Program-made: the position numbers and the translations under genes
The notes under the pieces: model-generated
Told to the model about the DNA's origin: nothing
The model's input: only the letters and a program-made list of their open reading frames with translations
Database searches by the model: none
In this document: one piece after another, positions 52,342 to 56,059 of the stretch
Numbering within the stretch: the first letter of the stretch is position 1
Layout of the letters: the number at the start of each line of letters is the position of its first letter
Assembly (NCBI GenBank): GCA_025786725.1
Contig: JAHLTZ010000071.1
Coordinates: 1-56,059, forward strand
Source of the DNA: Syncephalis fuscata S228
Lineage: Eukaryota; Fungi; Zoopagomycota
Length of the DNA stretch: 56,059 nt
Direction: 5' to 3'

Positions 52342-53025
52342 ATGAAGATCTATTTCTCCTATATAGCCTTAGGAGCACTTACTCAAACAGGCCTTACGTT
52401 TGGTACAAAAGTAATTAACCAAAATATTAACCAGTTGGTTGGTCCTGGCCTTGACTGTGGTGTAGTCAATGACGTTAGCTATTCATGTATACCTCAACAG
52501 AATTTGAAATGTATGAGAGTGCCGAACCACCAACAATCAAAATGCGTCTATGTTGCTCCGGTCGCAGATCCTTGCGATAACAACCATATTGTGTGTGACA
52601 AAGGACTTTCTTGCGCCAAAGTACCTGGTAGTAGACTGGGCCAGTGTGTTGATCCACAGCGCAGCGCCTTGACACGTCGTGCCGATGTTGCGACATCCAA
52701 TGAAGCCATCTATTACAAAAGATACAAAAATGAACTGTATGGCAGTGATGGATCGTATTTTGTACTAAAAAACGGCGAATTCTACTTTTCCGATTGCAAA
52801 TATCTCTATCAAGACAGCTTGGCGCCGCCTTATACAGCAGACAAAGACCCCAACGACCGTAGTATCATTTATGTTTCATGCAACGGTGGCCTAAAGAAAT
52901 ACCGTCAAGATCAACCACTACCAAAGAAAGATTATGAAACCTCACTCATCGCTACTGCTGCTGCAAAGGCTCGCTCTGCTAAAACTTGGGTACGCTCTCT
53001 TGTGTGCAATTGGTTTTCATGTTAG
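52342..53025 (+). CDS. Small secreted cysteine-rich protein of unknown function
   Basis: Hydrophobic N-terminus, Cys-rich region followed by dibasic TRR/YKR sites; intronless 227 aa. Confidence 0.75.
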   Translation: MKIYFSYIALGALTQTGLTFGTKVINQNINQLVGPGLDCGVVNDVSYSCIPQQNLKCMRVPNHQQSKCVYVAPVADPCDNNHIVCDKGLSCAKVPGSRLGQCVDPQRSALTRRADVATSNEAIYYKRYKNELYGSDGSYFVLKNGEFYFSDCKYLYQDSLAPPYTADKDPNDRSIIYVSCNGGLKKYRQDQPLPKKDYETSLIATAAAKARSAKTWVRSLVCNWFSC

Positions 53026-53455
53026 TTTAATATCATTGCTTTTTAAATAAACGTGGTAAAAATATATACTATACCATCAAGATGGCTACCAACGCTTATC
53101 GAGATGAACAATAATGATTCAACCCTTTGTTCGTCATTGTTACAAGTGACTGCCCTTTGCGGTATATGCCCCTAGTAGCTATTCTTTTATAGATCCATGC
53201 GTCACTATGTGTAGGTCTGAGTGTAAGTGTAATTGTATGGCTGACTTGTTCTTATGCATGCTTGTGTGCGTGTGCGTGTACGAATGTATTTAAACAATTA
53301 AATACCATCACCATTACACACATGATCTTCAAATTGTGTATCTTGCGTATCCTGTCCTTTCTATTTCTACTTAACATTACGAAGCAACAACAGTCAATCT
53401 TTTTTCTTTAGGCTTCTTTCTTTCGCACGTATCGTTTATAGTATCATTCTACACT

Positions 53456-54238
53456 ATGGCCAACAAAGCATTACGACGCATCACCAAGGTAAGCTGTTTA
53501 GTTTCCCTGCATCTGTTATATGCTATAGCTATGACGATAGGAGCTGGCCAATTGTCATGCCAATCCAGTTCCTGGTCTTGCAGTAGATCCTGTGAGTGAT
53601 GAGACTTTATTCCACTGGCGAGGTAAGCGTTACTGAAGCGATACGAATGCTGCACTTACGCGTCTCCACTCATTGTACTAATACATTGTGTTTGTTCTCC
53701 TTATCCGTTAGGCGTTCTTCGAGGCTCGGTTAGTATATTTGGTCCCACTATACTGTATAATAGATTAACAAGTCATTCTAGTCTGATGGTCCCTATAAGA
53801 ACGGCAACTTTAAGCTAGATATTCGATTCCCAGAGGACTTTCCTTTTAAGCCTCCAGCTGTAAGTCGATTGCATGCTTGTAAGTCCCGTGATGTCTAATT
53901 ATCGATGCTATTATAGATTAAATTTGCTACACGGGTCTATCATCCTAACATCGATGAAGAAGGCGCAATCTGTATGGATTTATTGAAGCCTGATAGCTGG
54001 AAACCTGCTACTCCTATACTTGATGGTAATTAAACACATATCCATTGACTGTACATGTATTTACTCATGGTTACTCTCTTCATATCTTTTAGTATTGGCG
54101 GCAGTGGCCACTTTATTGGAGCATCCAAATCCAGATGATCCATTAGAAGCAGAGATTGCCGAACAGTATCGATCTGATATTAGCAAGTTTAACAAAACGG
54201 CCAAAGAATGGACCAAAAAATACGCAATGGCTAAATAA
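53456..54238 (+). CDS. Ubiquitin-conjugating enzyme E2 (UBC4/5- or UBE2L3-like), 6 exons including a 17-nt microexon at 53712-53728
   Basis: MANKALRRITKEL..FHWRG..GPY..FPFKPP..YHPNIDEEGAIC..WKPAT..PNPDDPL..AKEWTKKYA. Confidence 0.93.
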
Positions 54239-54384
54239 GCGCTTTTCTAACTATTTCATTTTGTTGTCCTTTCAGTATCATTCTAATTTGTTATCAAAAT
54301 AAACTATGCGTCTATACTAATTGCTATAGGGATGATCATTAATGCTGGCAGTATTTATTTAATAAACAATAATTATATTTATAT

Positions 54385-55584
54385 TTATAATAAAAGTAGG
54401 TTCGAAGTAGACCATGGAGGTAGGCCAGTTAATACAGGTGAAAGTTGGAACCAAATGCCTTTGGATACTGACGGAGTAGCGTCTTCAGCTTGTTCAACCT
54501 TTTCTTCTTCTTCTTCATAACCATTCTGGCCATCTAATATAATTGATTTATACATAATACGAGGACGATTTCGGATTAGTTCTGGTTGGAATGTTCTACG
54601 TAGCAGTGCACTTGGAGGCAATTGATCATCATCAGATCTTGATTTCATTAATAAGTAAAGCTTTCCCAATCCTATATCACATTGAGTTACTAATCTAATT
54701 ATACATATACATATAAATATACATACCTGGTGAAATAGATTGCGTCAATGTATTCATTAATGCACCGATCAGTCTACGTTCACATTGTATTAACTGGCGT
54801 TCTGTTGGTTCTTCGTCATTCTTGTTGGATTGCTGCTCGCTACCTAAAATACGTATATGATAAACTTCTTTCGGTGAACTAAGAAAGCCCAATACGATAC
54901 ATAGCTCAATTGGATCTTGTGATGATTTGATTACTGAAGTCTGTTGAGGTGAATAATAGCTTGTTGCTGTTACATATTGTTGAATGGCTGCAAACCATGT
55001 TTCTGCACCTTGTACAAACTATATTTATTAATACAGCTTAATTTAATTAATATAATACATGACATTTTATTTACCTGTTCGGCTTTACGGTATTGTGGCG
55101 GTAGTATTGATCGATTCATTTCCTCGAATGGATCTGTCTTTTAATTTGATTAAACATTAATAGTATCTAATAATAATTACTTACTGAATTGCGGCGTAGT
55201 TCATCTAGAATATAGGTCCATATACTATAGAACAATAAACATACATTAATCGATGAGCTTAACAAGAGATAGCCGTTACCATGGCATTTGACCTCGTAGA
55301 TGTAATAGTGTCTTGATCAATGCAGATACAAGGCGAATAGTGACGCGCGACGTCAGTTCAATAGGTGCCATAAACGTGAACGTTTCATGGCTACAAGGCT
55401 CGTTCTCTTTGTCTTGTACGCTCTCTTCAATAGCTCTACTATCTACAGCGGTGGAAGACGTAGTGGTTGCGATGACTGGTGTACTTATTGCCATTCTCGA
55501 TAATTGAGCACATGGACTCATTGTAGGTGTACTGGCCATACTGTGATTGTCACTGGTACTACTGCTTGCATTTGTAGTAACCAT
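54385..55584 (-). CDS. Probable MAD2L1-binding protein (p31comet)-like HORMA-fold protein, multi-exon
   Basis: LIKTLLHLRGQMP and LCIVLGFLSSPKEVYHI resemble the p31comet blocks LLKHIMYQRQQLP and ILLGG..SPKEFYEL, compared from memory. Confidence 0.55.
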
Positions 55585-56059
55585 AGTCCCAATTCACGAC
55601 AGTAACCACCACAACGACAAGTAGAGTAACGAACTGATAGGCAAAGAGAATGCAAAACTCAACAAGAAAGTCAATCGACAATACCTATTTAAACAAGAAA
55701 AATAAACTACATACCGGTCATATGGTTAAACTATTCGCTTATTTTGTTCTACTTTTGTTTATTCTGGTTATTCAGCTACTTGATACTATGGTGTGCACAC
55801 ATATATAGATATATATAGATATAGTTGTTTGTTTTATGTTTATTAATGCTGTATTGTGATAGGGAGCGGGTACAGCTTTACTAGCCGTTGGGCTTATGCT
55901 CTTTGTTGTGGTGGTCATTATCCTACTACTAGGACCTTCGCCTAAATTCAAGTAAGTATTACTGGCAAGCTGTCTCAAGCTTGCACCATTAACTCGACCG
56001 ACTCATCTAGAGATACATTGATGGAGGATGCCCATACATTTCTGTTAGATCAGCTACCT

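Noticed and set aside
55772-56059. Possible 3' end of a minus-strand gene at the window edge
   Set aside because: Too short, and the frame is ambiguous.

Overview
AT-rich eukaryotic DNA from an early-diverging fungus. The ~55-nt GT-AG introns and the expanded secreted subtilisins resemble Zoopagomycota such as Syncephalis, but this assignment is inference. Genes: an ALDH8A1-like aldehyde dehydrogenase (2 copies), four proteinase-K-type S8 proteases, tRNA-Leu(UAG), an AhpD/CMD-like gene, SEC31, two identical copies of an orphan 187-aa gene, an intronless hexokinase, RPL15, a Vpr/pyrolysin-like S8 protease, a MATH-like/BTB protein, a secreted Cys-rich protein, a ubiquitin E2 and a p31comet-like gene. 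The striking feature is a nested inverted-repeat architecture. An inverted repeat of at least 10.1 kb (1-10105 / 36424-46469) encloses 26 kb. Inside it, a 3,020-bp inverted repeat (20751-23770 / 26581-29600) encloses only the hexokinase. The inner boundaries of both repeats coincide with foldback elements. The 1.5-kb foldback built from 333-bp units shows its core in opposite orientation relative to its flanks in the two copies, which is sequence evidence for flip-flop recombination. Single-base frameshifts in short runs in SEC31, RPL15, the left ALDH copy and the Vpr-like gene point to consensus errors, so the assembly needs long-read validation.
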